IMG/VR virus record: IMGVR_UViG_3300045988_115170
Span: 1 to 33,034 of that record
Strand: one strand, 5' to 3'
From: a virus
Length of the DNA: 33,034 nucleotides
Part shown: in pieces, positions 25,141 to 32,091 of the stretch
Layout: each line of letters opens with the position of its first letter
How positions within the stretch are numbered: the first letter of the stretch is position 1
Program-made: the position numbers and the translations under genes
Notes under the pieces: generated by a model
Databases searched by the model: none
Told to the model about the DNA's origin: nothing
The model's input: only the letters and a program-made list of their open reading frames with translations

Positions 25141-25950
25141 TCACAAAAAATCAAGTATGTCGGTGTCCGGCCCGATCTCCCGCGGGCGATCCTCCGTGCT
25201 GGCGGGGCGCTGGGTGGGGACGGCATCCACAAAATCGTCCTTCAGGGCGAACAGCCCCTCCCATCCGCGCAGGATGCTCTGCTCGAGCACTGCGACCATG
25301 TAGCCGTAGCGGTCACGCACGCCCGCCTCGTCGGCCAGCTGGTTGAGCTTGTTGCAGGCCAGCGACGCGGCGTTGACGGTCAGCGGATGCTTGCCCGCGG
25401 CCCGGGACTCCTCAAATGCGAGCAGGGCCTCCGTCAGCCGTTCATTCCACGGGAAGGATTCCCGGAGAACATCCCGGACGCTCTCTCGCGCGCCCGCACG
25501 CGTATTGTTCTCTCTTGTATTGTTATTCTTGTATTGTTCTAGGCGACATTTTTGTCGGTGGGTAGGCGACATTTTTGTCGGGGTGGGTGCGACATTTTTG
25601 TCGCCCGCCGACACTGGGTGTCGCTCACCGACATTTTTGTCGGCCTCTGTTTCCGGGGCTTCCTTATGCGCTGCATCTGACAGCGGGGAGATGCGCCGCT
25701 GCATTGCGGCACCGTCCCGGACATTGGTCACGGCCACATAGCCCAGCTCCTGCAGGTGCTTCACCCAGCGCTGCACGGTGCGGTCACTCGTGTCGTACAG
25801 CTCGCTGAAATAGCCGTTGCCGGCGTAGCAGTACCCGCACTGGTCGGACAGGGCGGTGATTTCTGCAAAGAAAACCTTCTCGGACGCACTGAGTCGCCTG
25901 TCGTACCGTACCGGGGAGGGAAGAATAGCGTAAAATCCGGGTTTTTCCAT
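25141..25950 (-). CDS. Replication initiator / replisome organiser (N-terminal wHTH, C-terminal DnaD-like) containing the origin
   Basis: N-terminal YAILPSPVRYD..LSASEKVFFAEI is wHTH-like. The iteron array lies in the linker-coding part. It is directly upstream of dnaB. Confidence 0.7.
   Translation of the reverse strand: MEKPGFYAILPSPVRYDRRLSASEKVFFAEITALSDQCGYCYAGNGYFSELYDTSDRTVQRWVKHLQELGYVAVTNVRDGAAMQRRISPLSDAAHKEAPETEADKNVGERHPVSAGDKNVAPTPTKMSPTHRQKCRLEQYKNNNTRENNTRAGARESVRDVLRESFPWNERLTEALLAFEESRAAGKHPLTVNAASLACNKLNQLADEAGVRDRYGYMVAVLEQSILRGWEGLFALKDDFVDAVPTQRPASTEDRPREIGPDTDILDFL
25502..25642. repeat. Origin of replication: AT-rich GTATTGTT x3 (25502..25540) plus iterons CGACATTTTTGTCG x4 (25544, 25567, 25590, 25629) and the variant CGACACTGGGTGTCG (25609)
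   Basis: Read directly. Iteron spacing is 23, 23, 19 and 20 bp. Each iteron is itself an inverted repeat, CGACA-TTTT-TGTCG. Confidence 0.75.
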
Positions 25951-26038
25951 AGCTTGGCCTTTCTAAAAATGGCTGACCTTAATACAGGGGTGCGCCGCGC
26001 TCTTTTCGGCGCATCCCTGCAAGGTCATTTTTCAACGT

Positions 26039-26485
26039 TTAAAAGGGGAGGTCGCCCTCATCCTCGATCATGGCGAAGTCGTCGCCCGGCCCGCGGCTGT
26101 ACTCCGGTGCGGGCGTGCCCACTCTGGGCCCCTCAGTAGGAGCTGAAAGAGTCCCTGCGTTGTCCGCCTTGCTGCCGCAGAAATTGATGTTGTTGGCCAC
26201 AACCTCCAGCACGGTGCGGTTGGTGCCGTCCCTGGCCGTGTAGGTGCGGCTCTGCAGCCGTCCGTCCACCGCCACCATCTGGCCCTTAGTGAGCCATTTA
26301 TAGGCGAACTCGGCAGCGCGCTCCCATGCAATGACGGGAATCCAGTCCGCCACGCTCTTGCCGTTGGCGTCCCTGCGCCCGCGGTCAACGGCCAGGGTAA
26401 ACGTCGCCACCTGCTTGCCCGTGTTGGTCTGCCGCAGCTCCGGGTCCCGGGCTAGGCGGCCCTGCAGCGCTATCACATTAAGCAT
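26039..26485 (-). CDS. ssb: Single-stranded DNA-binding protein
   Basis: OB-fold N-terminus (NVIALQGRLARDPELR...) and an acidic C-terminal tip DEGDLPF. Confidence 0.95.
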   Translation of the reverse strand: MLNVIALQGRLARDPELRQTNTGKQVATFTLAVDRGRRDANGKSVADWIPVIAWERAAEFAYKWLTKGQMVAVDGRLQSRTYTARDGTNRTVLEVVANNINFCGSKADNAGTLSAPTEGPRVGTPAPEYSRGPGDDFAMIEDEGDLPF

Positions 26486-26494
26486 AAGGTCACC

Positions 26495-26560
26495 TCACTT
26501 TGTCAGCCATGCGTAAATCAGAAGGCTGATAACAATAATTGCCACTGCGACCCAAGTCAT
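26495..26560 (-). CDS. Possible 21-aa hydrophobic micro-protein (MTWVAVAIIVISLLIYAWLTK)
   Basis: TGATG overlap with the upstream stop codon and a single TM-like helix. Very short, so uncertain. Confidence 0.25.
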   Translation of the reverse strand: MTWVAVAIIVISLLIYAWLTK

Positions 26561-27303
26561 CAGATCATCACCACCACATTGCCGCTCTCGATCAGGTCGG
26601 CCAGCTTCTCGCCCAGATAGGCGGCAATGTTGCGCTTGGCCTCCAGCCTCCACGCGCCGCCGTCAGCCTCGTGCAGCGCCGGGTAGCCCGACTTGCTCAA
26701 GCGCAGCAGGAAGTCGCTGGCGGGTTGCTCGACCTCAAGGAACGTGCGGTAGGGCTGCAGGTGGACGATAGGCTTCACCGTCTGCTGCTCTTTCAGCACC
26801 GCGCCGGTACGGACGCTGACCTCCTGACTAACGCCATTGTCCACAGTGGACACGCCCTGATTGACGTCAATGCGGCTCAGCAGCGCCAGCAAGTAGTCGC
26901 GGTCCGGGGTAACGGCGTACAGGCTCTGCAATTCCACGATGGCCTGCTCCTGGCTCATCTCCTGGTTGACGGTAATGCCCGGCGCGTCACTCACGGCCTC
27001 ATACAGCGGCAGGCGGCTGTAGATCGCGTAGTCGCGGCCCGTGTAGGTGCTGTCCACTACGACCAGCCGGGCGCCGTCCACTCGCACATACAGCAGCGGT
27101 GCCTGGGCGACGCCCTCGGTGCGGATCAGCTTGACCAGCGCCTCCAGAGTATCCACCGAGTACCGTGCCGGGAGTTCAACCTCCGGCTTGACCTCGCGCA
27201 GATCGGCGGAGCAGAACTGATGCCCGTTGCGCGTTTCCAGGGTGAAGGGGGTCGCCAGCTCCACAATGCGGTTAATAGCGTCTTTTAAAAAGCTGTTTTC
27301 CAT
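26560..27303 (-). CDS. Hypothetical early protein (247 aa; possibly DUF2303-like)
   Basis: Clear ORF with the SD-like GAAAGGA. The family assignment rests on weak recollection only. Confidence 0.5.
   Translation of the reverse strand: MENSFLKDAINRIVELATPFTLETRNGHQFCSADLREVKPEVELPARYSVDTLEALVKLIRTEGVAQAPLLYVRVDGARLVVVDSTYTGRDYAIYSRLPLYEAVSDAPGITVNQEMSQEQAIVELQSLYAVTPDRDYLLALLSRIDVNQGVSTVDNGVSQEVSVRTGAVLKEQQTVKPIVHLQPYRTFLEVEQPASDFLLRLSKSGYPALHEADGGAWRLEAKRNIAAYLGEKLADLIESGNVVVMI
26837..26853. repeat. Palindrome family copy 7 (outer base mismatch): TTGTCCA-CAG-TGGACAC, inside a CDS
   Basis: Inner 6+6 arms are perfect. It encodes VSTVDN. Confidence 0.65.
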
Positions 27304-27324
27304 TGTCTTTGTCCTTTCTGTATG

Positions 27325-27699
27325 TTAATACCCGGCACGGCCCACGCGGGCCATTGCGGGCATCGGTGTCTCATCGCCGTCCATGTCCACCTGTCCGGGG
27401 ACCTGCGGCGTCATCTCGGCCAGCAGCAGGCTGCCGTCCCGCGCCTTTGTGATGCACAGGGATGTGCGCACCGGCTGGATCGGCGCGAGGGTGGTCTTTG
27501 CCTGCGCGTCCATGCCGATCTGCTGGCGGTAGTCGTCCGGTGCGAAGGTCAGCGTGATGGTGATCTTGCGCTTGGCGGTTGCCGCGGTGTTGGGGTCCAT
27601 GATGTTCGCCACGACCCGCTCAACCTCGTAATCGGTGATTTCAGCAATCGCGCCCATCGCCATCTCCAGCACGCTCTTTTTGTTTACGATCTGGGGCAT
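27325..27699 (-). CDS. Conserved phage early protein (124 aa), function unknown
   Basis: SD GGAGGTG. The DPNT..AKRKITITLTF..D block resembles a family seen in Firmicutes phages; this rests on memory and is unverified. Confidence 0.5.
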   Translation of the reverse strand: MPQIVNKKSVLEMAMGAIAEITDYEVERVVANIMDPNTAATAKRKITITLTFAPDDYRQQIGMDAQAKTTLAPIQPVRTSLCITKARDGSLLLAEMTPQVPGQVDMDGDETPMPAMARVGRAGY

Positions 27700-28022
27700 T
27701 ACTCATCACCTCCAACTTTTACGCCCTCGCCCTGATAATGCCGCTTCATCAAGATATAAGCGGCTTTCTCGGCCACAAGGTCGTCAGGGTGTTCTCTGCG
27801 CATCCTATCAATCAGTTCATCGCGCCAGAAATGCAGAGCCGCGCACAAAAAAGGGGCATCCAGGTCAGACAGTCCCGCCTCGCCGTTCAGCGCCGTGAGA
27901 ACAACCTCCAGCGCCTCTTCATGGACGGCATCCATCTGTTTCTTGCTTACTTCTCCGCCCAGAATTTGCGTCTGCATAATGTTATCGACACTGTGCAGCC
28001 TGGGCTTATGCCGTGCATCCAT
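27699..28022 (-). CDS. Hypothetical helical protein (about 107 aa)
   Basis: The ORF-track start at 28031 has zero spacing to AGGAGG. The ATG at 28022 has 9-nt spacing and is preferred. Confidence 0.45.
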   Translation of the reverse strand: MDARHKPRLHSVDNIMQTQILGGEVSKKQMDAVHEEALEVVLTALNGEAGLSDLDAPFLCAALHFWRDELIDRMRREHPDDLVAEKAAYILMKRHYQGEGVKVGGDE

Positions 28023-28042
28023 TGTTTGCATCCTCCTAAAAA

Positions 28043-28339
28043 CTAAATTTCTTCTCCGAACACCTTGGCAAAACTGCCGGGGCCGTGGAGATCATCAAAA
28101 GCAAATTGTGCCGCCTGTTCCAACTCCAGCCGGGCGGCGGGGTCAAAATGGACGCCCAGGGGCGGCTCATTGTGATGGTTGTGGCACAGCCAGACCTTGA
28201 GGCCGTACCGCTCAGACAACTCGCGCCGTCCGCGCCCGAATAGGATGTGATGCTCTTCCAGGCCGCGCGTGGTGCGCAGGTTGTAGAACCGTCGGCAGAG
28301 GTAGCACTCTTTATCGCTTTGCAGTATGCTTTTTGCCAT
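28043..28339 (-). CDS. Small HNH/Zn-finger nuclease-like protein (98 aa)
   Basis: CYLC...EEHHILFG...WLCHNHHN motif. Start MAKSIL is preceded by GGAGGAG. Confidence 0.5.
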   Translation of the reverse strand: MAKSILQSDKECYLCRRFYNLRTTRGLEEHHILFGRGRRELSERYGLKVWLCHNHHNEPPLGVHFDPAARLELEQAAQFAFDDLHGPGSFAKVFGEEI

Positions 28340-28520
28340 GGCGCTCCTCCAGTCCGTTGACGGCATCCACCGCCTGACGCACATCACCAACAGGCAGCTC
28401 CACCGTCGTCCAGCGGCAGCCGCACATCATGCAGACGCGGCGGCGGTATATCCGCCGGGTCCCCTTGGCGCGGGTGTCGATGACGCGCACCTGGCTGCTG
28501 TTGCACTTAACGCAATTCAT
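28311..28520 (-). CDS. NrdR-like zinc-ribbon small protein (69 aa)
   Basis: MNCVKCNSSQVRVIDTR...IYRRRVCMMCGCRWTTVE matches the CxxC...CxxC ribbon pattern of NrdR N-termini. GGAGG lies 7 nt upstream. The upstream part of ORF 28311..28787 is a shadow of the NinB-like gene. Confidence 0.55.
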   Translation of the reverse strand: MNCVKCNSSQVRVIDTRAKGTRRIYRRRVCMMCGCRWTTVELPVGDVRQAVDAVNGLEERHGKKHTAKR

Positions 28521-29085
28521 CGGCACGCCTCCAGTCCCGGTACTGCTCAGTTGTCTCGGCATCGTCCACGCCGGCCTCGGCCAGCCGGTCAAAGATTCGT
28601 TCGATGAAGTCGTGCATCTGCTGCCGGTCAAAGCTGCTGCTGCCCAGGCCCAGGCGGGCCATACAATAGCCATCGTCCAGCAGCTCCACCATCTGCACAA
28701 CGCGGTATGTGTTGCGCAGGGCGGGCAGGGCCTTGACCGGCACGCGCCAGGTCTCGACCTCTGCGCCGAACTCTGCCAGCAGGTCAAGATAGCACTGTTC
28801 GGCAGTCACCCCGCCGGGCGTGTCGCCGCTCAACGCCAGCGCCAGCCTGTTCAGCAGCGCCCACATAAGGCGGTTCTGATCCAGTGTGCGCTTGTTCTTC
28901 ACCGGGCGGATGTCGATCTCCACGCATAGGGGCTGCCCCCGCGCGCGGCGCTCCAGTTCGGCGTGCATCCGCTGGGCCTCCAGGCGATACGCACCGTCAA
29001 TCGTCAGCCCGTCCATGTCGTTGACCAAGGGCTGGCCCGTTGGGATGTACCAGGCGGCCACATGGGCGATCAGCTGGCTTGCCAT
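28507..29085 (-). CDS. NinB/Orf-family recombination mediator-like protein
   Basis: KRTLDQNRLMWALL closely parallels the lambda NinB RSLDQNRKLWACL block. Confidence 0.6.
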   Translation of the reverse strand: MASQLIAHVAAWYIPTGQPLVNDMDGLTIDGAYRLEAQRMHAELERRARGQPLCVEIDIRPVKNKRTLDQNRLMWALLNRLALALSGDTPGGVTAEQCYLDLLAEFGAEVETWRVPVKALPALRNTYRVVQMVELLDDGYCMARLGLGSSSFDRQQMHDFIERIFDRLAEAGVDDAETTEQYRDWRRADELR

Positions 29086-29621
29086 GTGATCACGCTCCCA
29101 TCACGCTTGCGCACCCTCAGCGATGCCACGCTGCCGTCACCGTTGTATGTGATGTCGTCCAGGGTGAGGGCATCGTCCAGAACGTAGCGCTCAATGATGT
29201 TGGTGCCGGGCTTGCCCTGGGGGACGATGTGGACCTTGCTGGCCGGGATGCGCAGCGGCGGCAGATTCAGCACCCCCGCGCCGATGCTCCATGCGGCAGC
29301 AGCGGCCAAAAAGCTGCCGTCTGCCTCGTTGGTGGGCGCGTCGCTGCTCACGCGGTAGGTGGTGGGGCAGGGGGCATCCTTTGTGATGTCGGCCAGGGCC
29401 ACGGCGCAGTACAGATACCTCCCGCAAACGTAGTGCCGCACACTGTAGCCCGCCAGCCCGCCGGGCATACGCTCACAGCACTCCTCCAGATGGGCGCGCA
29501 CGGCGTTGACATCCGGCCACAGCTTGATGCGCACGCCCTCGGCGTCCACCTCCAGGATGCTGAGCGCGACCTCGTTAGCTGTCAGCAGGGCGAGGTTTTT
29601 GGGGGTCTCATTCTTCTCCAT
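29070..29621 (-). CDS. Hypothetical protein (183 aa)
   Basis: Start MEKNETP lies 5 nt after GGAGGA. Confidence 0.5.
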   Translation of the reverse strand: MEKNETPKNLALLTANEVALSILEVDAEGVRIKLWPDVNAVRAHLEECCERMPGGLAGYSVRHYVCGRYLYCAVALADITKDAPCPTTYRVSSDAPTNEADGSFLAAAAAWSIGAGVLNLPPLRIPASKVHIVPQGKPGTNIIERYVLDDALTLDDITYNGDGSVASLRVRKRDGSVITWQAS

Positions 29622-30312
29622 GTTTATCCTCCATTTCCGGGCCGATGTAGGCACCGGCCTCATTGTAGTTCTTGGGGTCCGCCATCGGGCTGTCCCATCC
29701 GCACATAGCCCCGCCGTACATGGCAGCAGCCTGGGCGCGGGTGACGCCCGCCGCTTCGTTCAGTGTGTCCACAGTCTCTTGCTCCACCACACCGAACAGG
29801 GTGCGCTCCCCGCGCACGATGCGGACGATGTTGTTGGTGTAGCGGCTGCGGGCGTAGGCGTAGGCGGGCAGCCCCGCCTCATCATAGGTCATTTTCATGG
29901 GCTTGGTCTCCTTTTTCGGTTTTGGCCGCTTGTGCGGCATACCGGCGGCAAGCGCCGGGTGTTTCTTTTTCCAGCTGCACACCCTATGCCGGATTGCCTC
30001 GTGCGTCACCGGCTGGGTGTAGCCCATCATGCTGCGCACGGTACTGATCGGCGCGCCGCCGTAGTAGTACAGGATGCTTTCCAGCATCACCTCCGGCGGC
30101 ACAGGGTTGCAGATGCGCTCAACAGGCGGGCCGACGGGTTGCTTGTTTTGAGGGTGCGCCGCGCGGAATGTGTCAAGGCTTGTATAGCCCAGGCGCTCCA
30201 GCAGCGTGTCCTCGGCCACGCTCAGGCACTCGGCGCAGATTCTCAGCTGGCGGCGGGCGTTGGTGCAGTTCCTAAGCCTGGATTGCACCCAGGCCAGATC
30301 ATCCGTTGTCAT
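29608..30312 (-). CDS. Hypothetical protein (234 aa)
   Basis: TGATG coupling to the upstream gene. Lys-rich linker KRPKPKKETKP between two halves. Confidence 0.5.
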   Translation of the reverse strand: MTTDDLAWVQSRLRNCTNARRQLRICAECLSVAEDTLLERLGYTSLDTFRAAHPQNKQPVGPPVERICNPVPPEVMLESILYYYGGAPISTVRSMMGYTQPVTHEAIRHRVCSWKKKHPALAAGMPHKRPKPKKETKPMKMTYDEAGLPAYAYARSRYTNNIVRIVRGERTLFGVVEQETVDTLNEAAGVTRAQAAAMYGGAMCGWDSPMADPKNYNEAGAYIGPEMEDKHGEE

Positions 30313-30524
30313 CAGCAGATCTGTCTTGCCAGCGCGGTGGCCGGGATGCGCTTGTCACGGCCCTGGCCGGTCCAGCCGTGCATATTGCGGCAGACCTTGC
30401 GGGCCGCCTGGGGGTCGGTGCCGTAGACGATGTGCGCGGCCTCGGCCACTGTCACCATCTCGCCAGCGGCCTCGTGCCGGATGCGCTCCAGCGCGTCCCG
30501 ATAGCCCTCTTTTTCTCGTGCCAT
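30312..30524 (-). CDS. Small HTH DNA-binding protein, excisionase-family-like (70 aa)
   Basis: MVTVAEAAHIV......RIPATALARQ resembles excisionase/MerR-type wHTH proteins. Start is preceded by AAGGAGGA. Confidence 0.4.
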   Translation of the reverse strand: MAREKEGYRDALERIRHEAAGEMVTVAEAAHIVYGTDPQAARKVCRNMHGWTGQGRDKRIPATALARQIC

Positions 30525-30537
30525 AGTAGTCCTCCTT

Positions 30538-30554
30538 GTGTCCAATGTGGACAC
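30538..30554. repeat. Palindrome family copy 8: GTGTCCA-ATG-TGGACAC (perfect)
   Basis: Intergenic. On the minus strand it abuts the SD AAGGAGGA of gene 30312..30524. On the plus strand it ends 4 nt before the -35 of the promoter at 30559. Confidence 0.9.
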
Positions 30555-30558
30555 GCTG

Positions 30559-30587
30559 TTGCTTGTATCTGCTCGGTGTGGTACAAT
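30559..30587 (+). promoter_or_regulatory. Sigma-70/SigA-type promoter with extended -10 (TTGCTT, 17-nt spacer, TGgTACAAT)
   Basis: Read directly. It drives the only plus-strand gene embedded in the minus-strand early region. Confidence 0.65.
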
Positions 30588-30602
30588 CGGGGCAGAAAGG
30601 GC

Positions 30603-30920
30603 GTGTGTAAATTGACTGATAATCAGTACAAAATCTTTAAGGCCGTGCGGAAATACCGCACCCTGCCCGAAATACTGACCGCCACGGGAATCTCGGATTA
30701 TCTCACCTTGCAGGAAGATGCCGGAGTTGGGATGCTGGACTTCTCTGATTGTGAAATGGATGAGAAAACCATCGTCACCTTAACCAACCCCGCCGCAGAG
30801 GCGTTTGAATCGCGCCGCCGCAATGATTGGGATTTTTTCCTCACACATGTCGTCGCGGTCTACGCCGCAATAATGGCAACGATTGCCATTATTGTCGAGA
30901 TTATTCTACATTTTCTGTAA
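30603..30920 (+). CDS. Membrane-anchored hypothetical protein (about 102-105 aa; soluble N-domain plus C-terminal TM helix), antisense to the early operon
   Basis: GTG at 30603 or TTG at 30612 after GAAAGGG. C-terminal FFLTHVVAVYAAIMATIAIIVEIILHFL. It has its own promoter. Confidence 0.55.
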   Translation: MCKLTDNQYKIFKAVRKYRTLPEILTATGISDYLTLQEDAGVGMLDFSDCEMDEKTIVTLTNPAAEAFESRRRNDWDFFLTHVVAVYAAIMATIAIIVEIILHFL

Positions 30921-31028
30921 TGCGTGCATAACCGCCAGCAGCACCGCCAGCGTAGACACAACTGCGCTGTACAGATTCAGCCAGCGCAAGCTGCGGCGTC
31001 TGCGCTTTTCTTTGTCGTCGTTGTGCAT
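30906..31028 (-). CDS. Possible 40-aa membrane micro-protein (MHNDDKEKRRRRSLRWLNLYSAVVSTLAVLLAVMHALQKM)
   Basis: AGGAG lies 8 nt upstream of the ATG. It has a basic N-terminus and one TM helix. Its 3' end overlaps the convergent plus-strand gene by 15 nt. Confidence 0.35.
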   Translation of the reverse strand: MHNDDKEKRRRRSLRWLNLYSAVVSTLAVLLAVMHALQKM

Positions 31029-31045
31029 TGGTGTTCATCTCCTGC

Positions 31046-31062
31046 GTGTCCAAGGTGGACAC
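31046..31062. repeat. Palindrome family copy 9: GTGTCCA-AGG-TGGACAC (perfect; extends to the 21-bp palindrome GCGTGTCCAAGGTGGACACGC)
   Basis: Intergenic, downstream of cro and abutting the AGGAG of the micro-ORF. It shares the right flank GGACACGCTGTT with copy 8. Confidence 0.9.
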
Positions 31063-31069
31063 GCTGTTT

Positions 31070-31084
31070 GTCACTTATCGTGAC
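31070..31084. promoter_or_regulatory. Distal operator-like site O4: GTCAC-TTATC-GTGAC
   Basis: Same GTCAC-N5-GTGAC inverted repeat as O1. It lies 5 nt past the cro stop codon. Confidence 0.45.
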
Positions 31085-31088
31085 ATTT

Positions 31089-31286
31089 TTAGGCGTAAAA
31101 AATCTCTTCCACGGTTTTCTCGTAATACTGCGCGATTTTACGCTTTGTTTCATCGCGGGGGATTCTAGCGCCAGTCTCGTACATTGCCAGTGCAGAAACG
31201 CTTACCCCCAGCGCTGTTGCAACCTCGGCGCGCGGTCGAGCGCCCCGCAGTTCAACCAATGTTTGCGCAATCTTCTCTGAATCCAT
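31089..31286 (-). CDS. cro: Cro-like XRE-family HTH regulator (65 aa)
   Basis: HTH RAEVATALGVSVSALAMYETGARIP. It is divergent from the repressor gene. The preferred start is the ATG 6 nt after GAGGTG; the ORF-track GTG at 31313 lies inside the operator. Confidence 0.8.
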   Translation of the reverse strand: MDSEKIAQTLVELRGARPRAEVATALGVSVSALAMYETGARIPRDETKRKIAQYYEKTVEEIFYA

Positions 31287-31308
31287 CAGAATCACCTCGC
31301 TTTCATTT

Positions 31309-31323
31309 GTCACGAACCGTGAC
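31309..31323. promoter_or_regulatory. Operator O1: GTCAC-GAACC-GTGAC
   Basis: Perfect 5+5 inverted repeat just downstream of the -10 of the cro promoter. Confidence 0.55.
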
Positions 31324-31332
31324 TATATATAC

Positions 31333-31360
31333 AGTATATCACGCTCTTGGTATTTGTCAA
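31333..31360 (-). promoter_or_regulatory. Early lytic promoter (TTGACA, 16-nt spacer, TATACT) for cro
   Basis: Consensus -35 and a 5/6 match at -10, read on the minus strand. Confidence 0.65.
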
Positions 31361-31373
31361 CACATTCCGTGAC
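31359..31373. promoter_or_regulatory. Imperfect operator O2: AACAC-ATTCC-GTGAC overlapping the -35 of the cro promoter
   Basis: One perfect half-site plus a 3/5 half-site. The CGTGACATTTT word is shared with O4. Confidence 0.35.
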
Positions 31374-31382
31374 ATTTTGCGG

Positions 31383-31410
31383 TTGACTTTCTCACGATTC
31401 GTGATATTAT
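31383..31410 (+). promoter_or_regulatory. Repressor (maintenance) promoter TTGACT, 16-nt spacer, TATTAT, with operator O3 (TCAC-GATTC-GTGA, 31392..31404) in the spacer
   Basis: Read directly. The RBS AGAGAGGA and the ATG at 31442 follow. Confidence 0.55.
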
Positions 31411-31441
31411 AAGATTAGTACACAGAGAGGATTGACTTCGC

Positions 31442-32080
31442 ATGGCTAAATTTTCGGCAATTATAAAATCCCTTCGCATCGAGAGAGGCATAACGCAAGA
31501 GCAACTCGCTGCCTTGCTAAAAGTATCCCGCAGTACGATAGGCATGTATGAAACTGGTAGCCGCGAACCAGATTTTGAAACGCTTGAAGCTATCGCAGAC
31601 ATTTTCAATGTCGACATGGATTATCTCATGGGGCGATCAACCGTAGAACGGAAAGATCCTGTTGCCGCTACCCCAATCCCCGCCGGGTTCCAGCCGCTGC
31701 CGAAGCGGGACCTCATCCCGCGTGTGGGGCAGATCGCCTGCGGCACACCCATCCTCGCGGAGGAGAATGTCGAGGCCTACGATGAAGTCCCCAGCGAGTG
31801 GCATGCCGACTTTACGCTGCTATGCCAGGGCGACAGCATGGAGCCAAAAATCAAAGACAGCGATGTCGTAGCCATCCACAGCCAGCCAATGGTCGAGAAC
31901 GGCGAGGTCGCTGCCGTCCTGATCGATGGCGAAGCCACCCTCAAGCGCGTGTTTCTGTTCGATGACCACATCGAGCTCCGCGCCGAAAACCCAGCCTTTC
32001 CCACGATCATCCGCATCGGCGAGGATATGAACACCATCACCATCGAAGGCAAGGCCGTTGGCCTATGCCGCAAATTGTAA
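31442..32080 (+). CDS. CI/LexA-like repressor (XRE HTH plus S24 autopeptidase)
   Basis: N-terminal HTH ITQEQLAALLKVSRSTIGMYETGSREP. C-terminal GDSMEP (catalytic Ser) and ATLKRV (catalytic Lys). Confidence 0.9.
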   Translation: MAKFSAIIKSLRIERGITQEQLAALLKVSRSTIGMYETGSREPDFETLEAIADIFNVDMDYLMGRSTVERKDPVAATPIPAGFQPLPKRDLIPRVGQIACGTPILAEENVEAYDEVPSEWHADFTLLCQGDSMEPKIKDSDVVAIHSQPMVENGEVAAVLIDGEATLKRVFLFDDHIELRAENPAFPTIIRIGEDMNTITIEGKAVGLCRKL

Positions 32081-32091
32081 GGAGGCTCTGT

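Noticed and set aside
25544-25642. Short regularly spaced repeats that might suggest a mini-CRISPR array
   Set aside because: The repeats are only 14 bp with 5-9 bp between them. They lie inside the initiator gene, and no cas genes are present. The pattern fits origin iterons.
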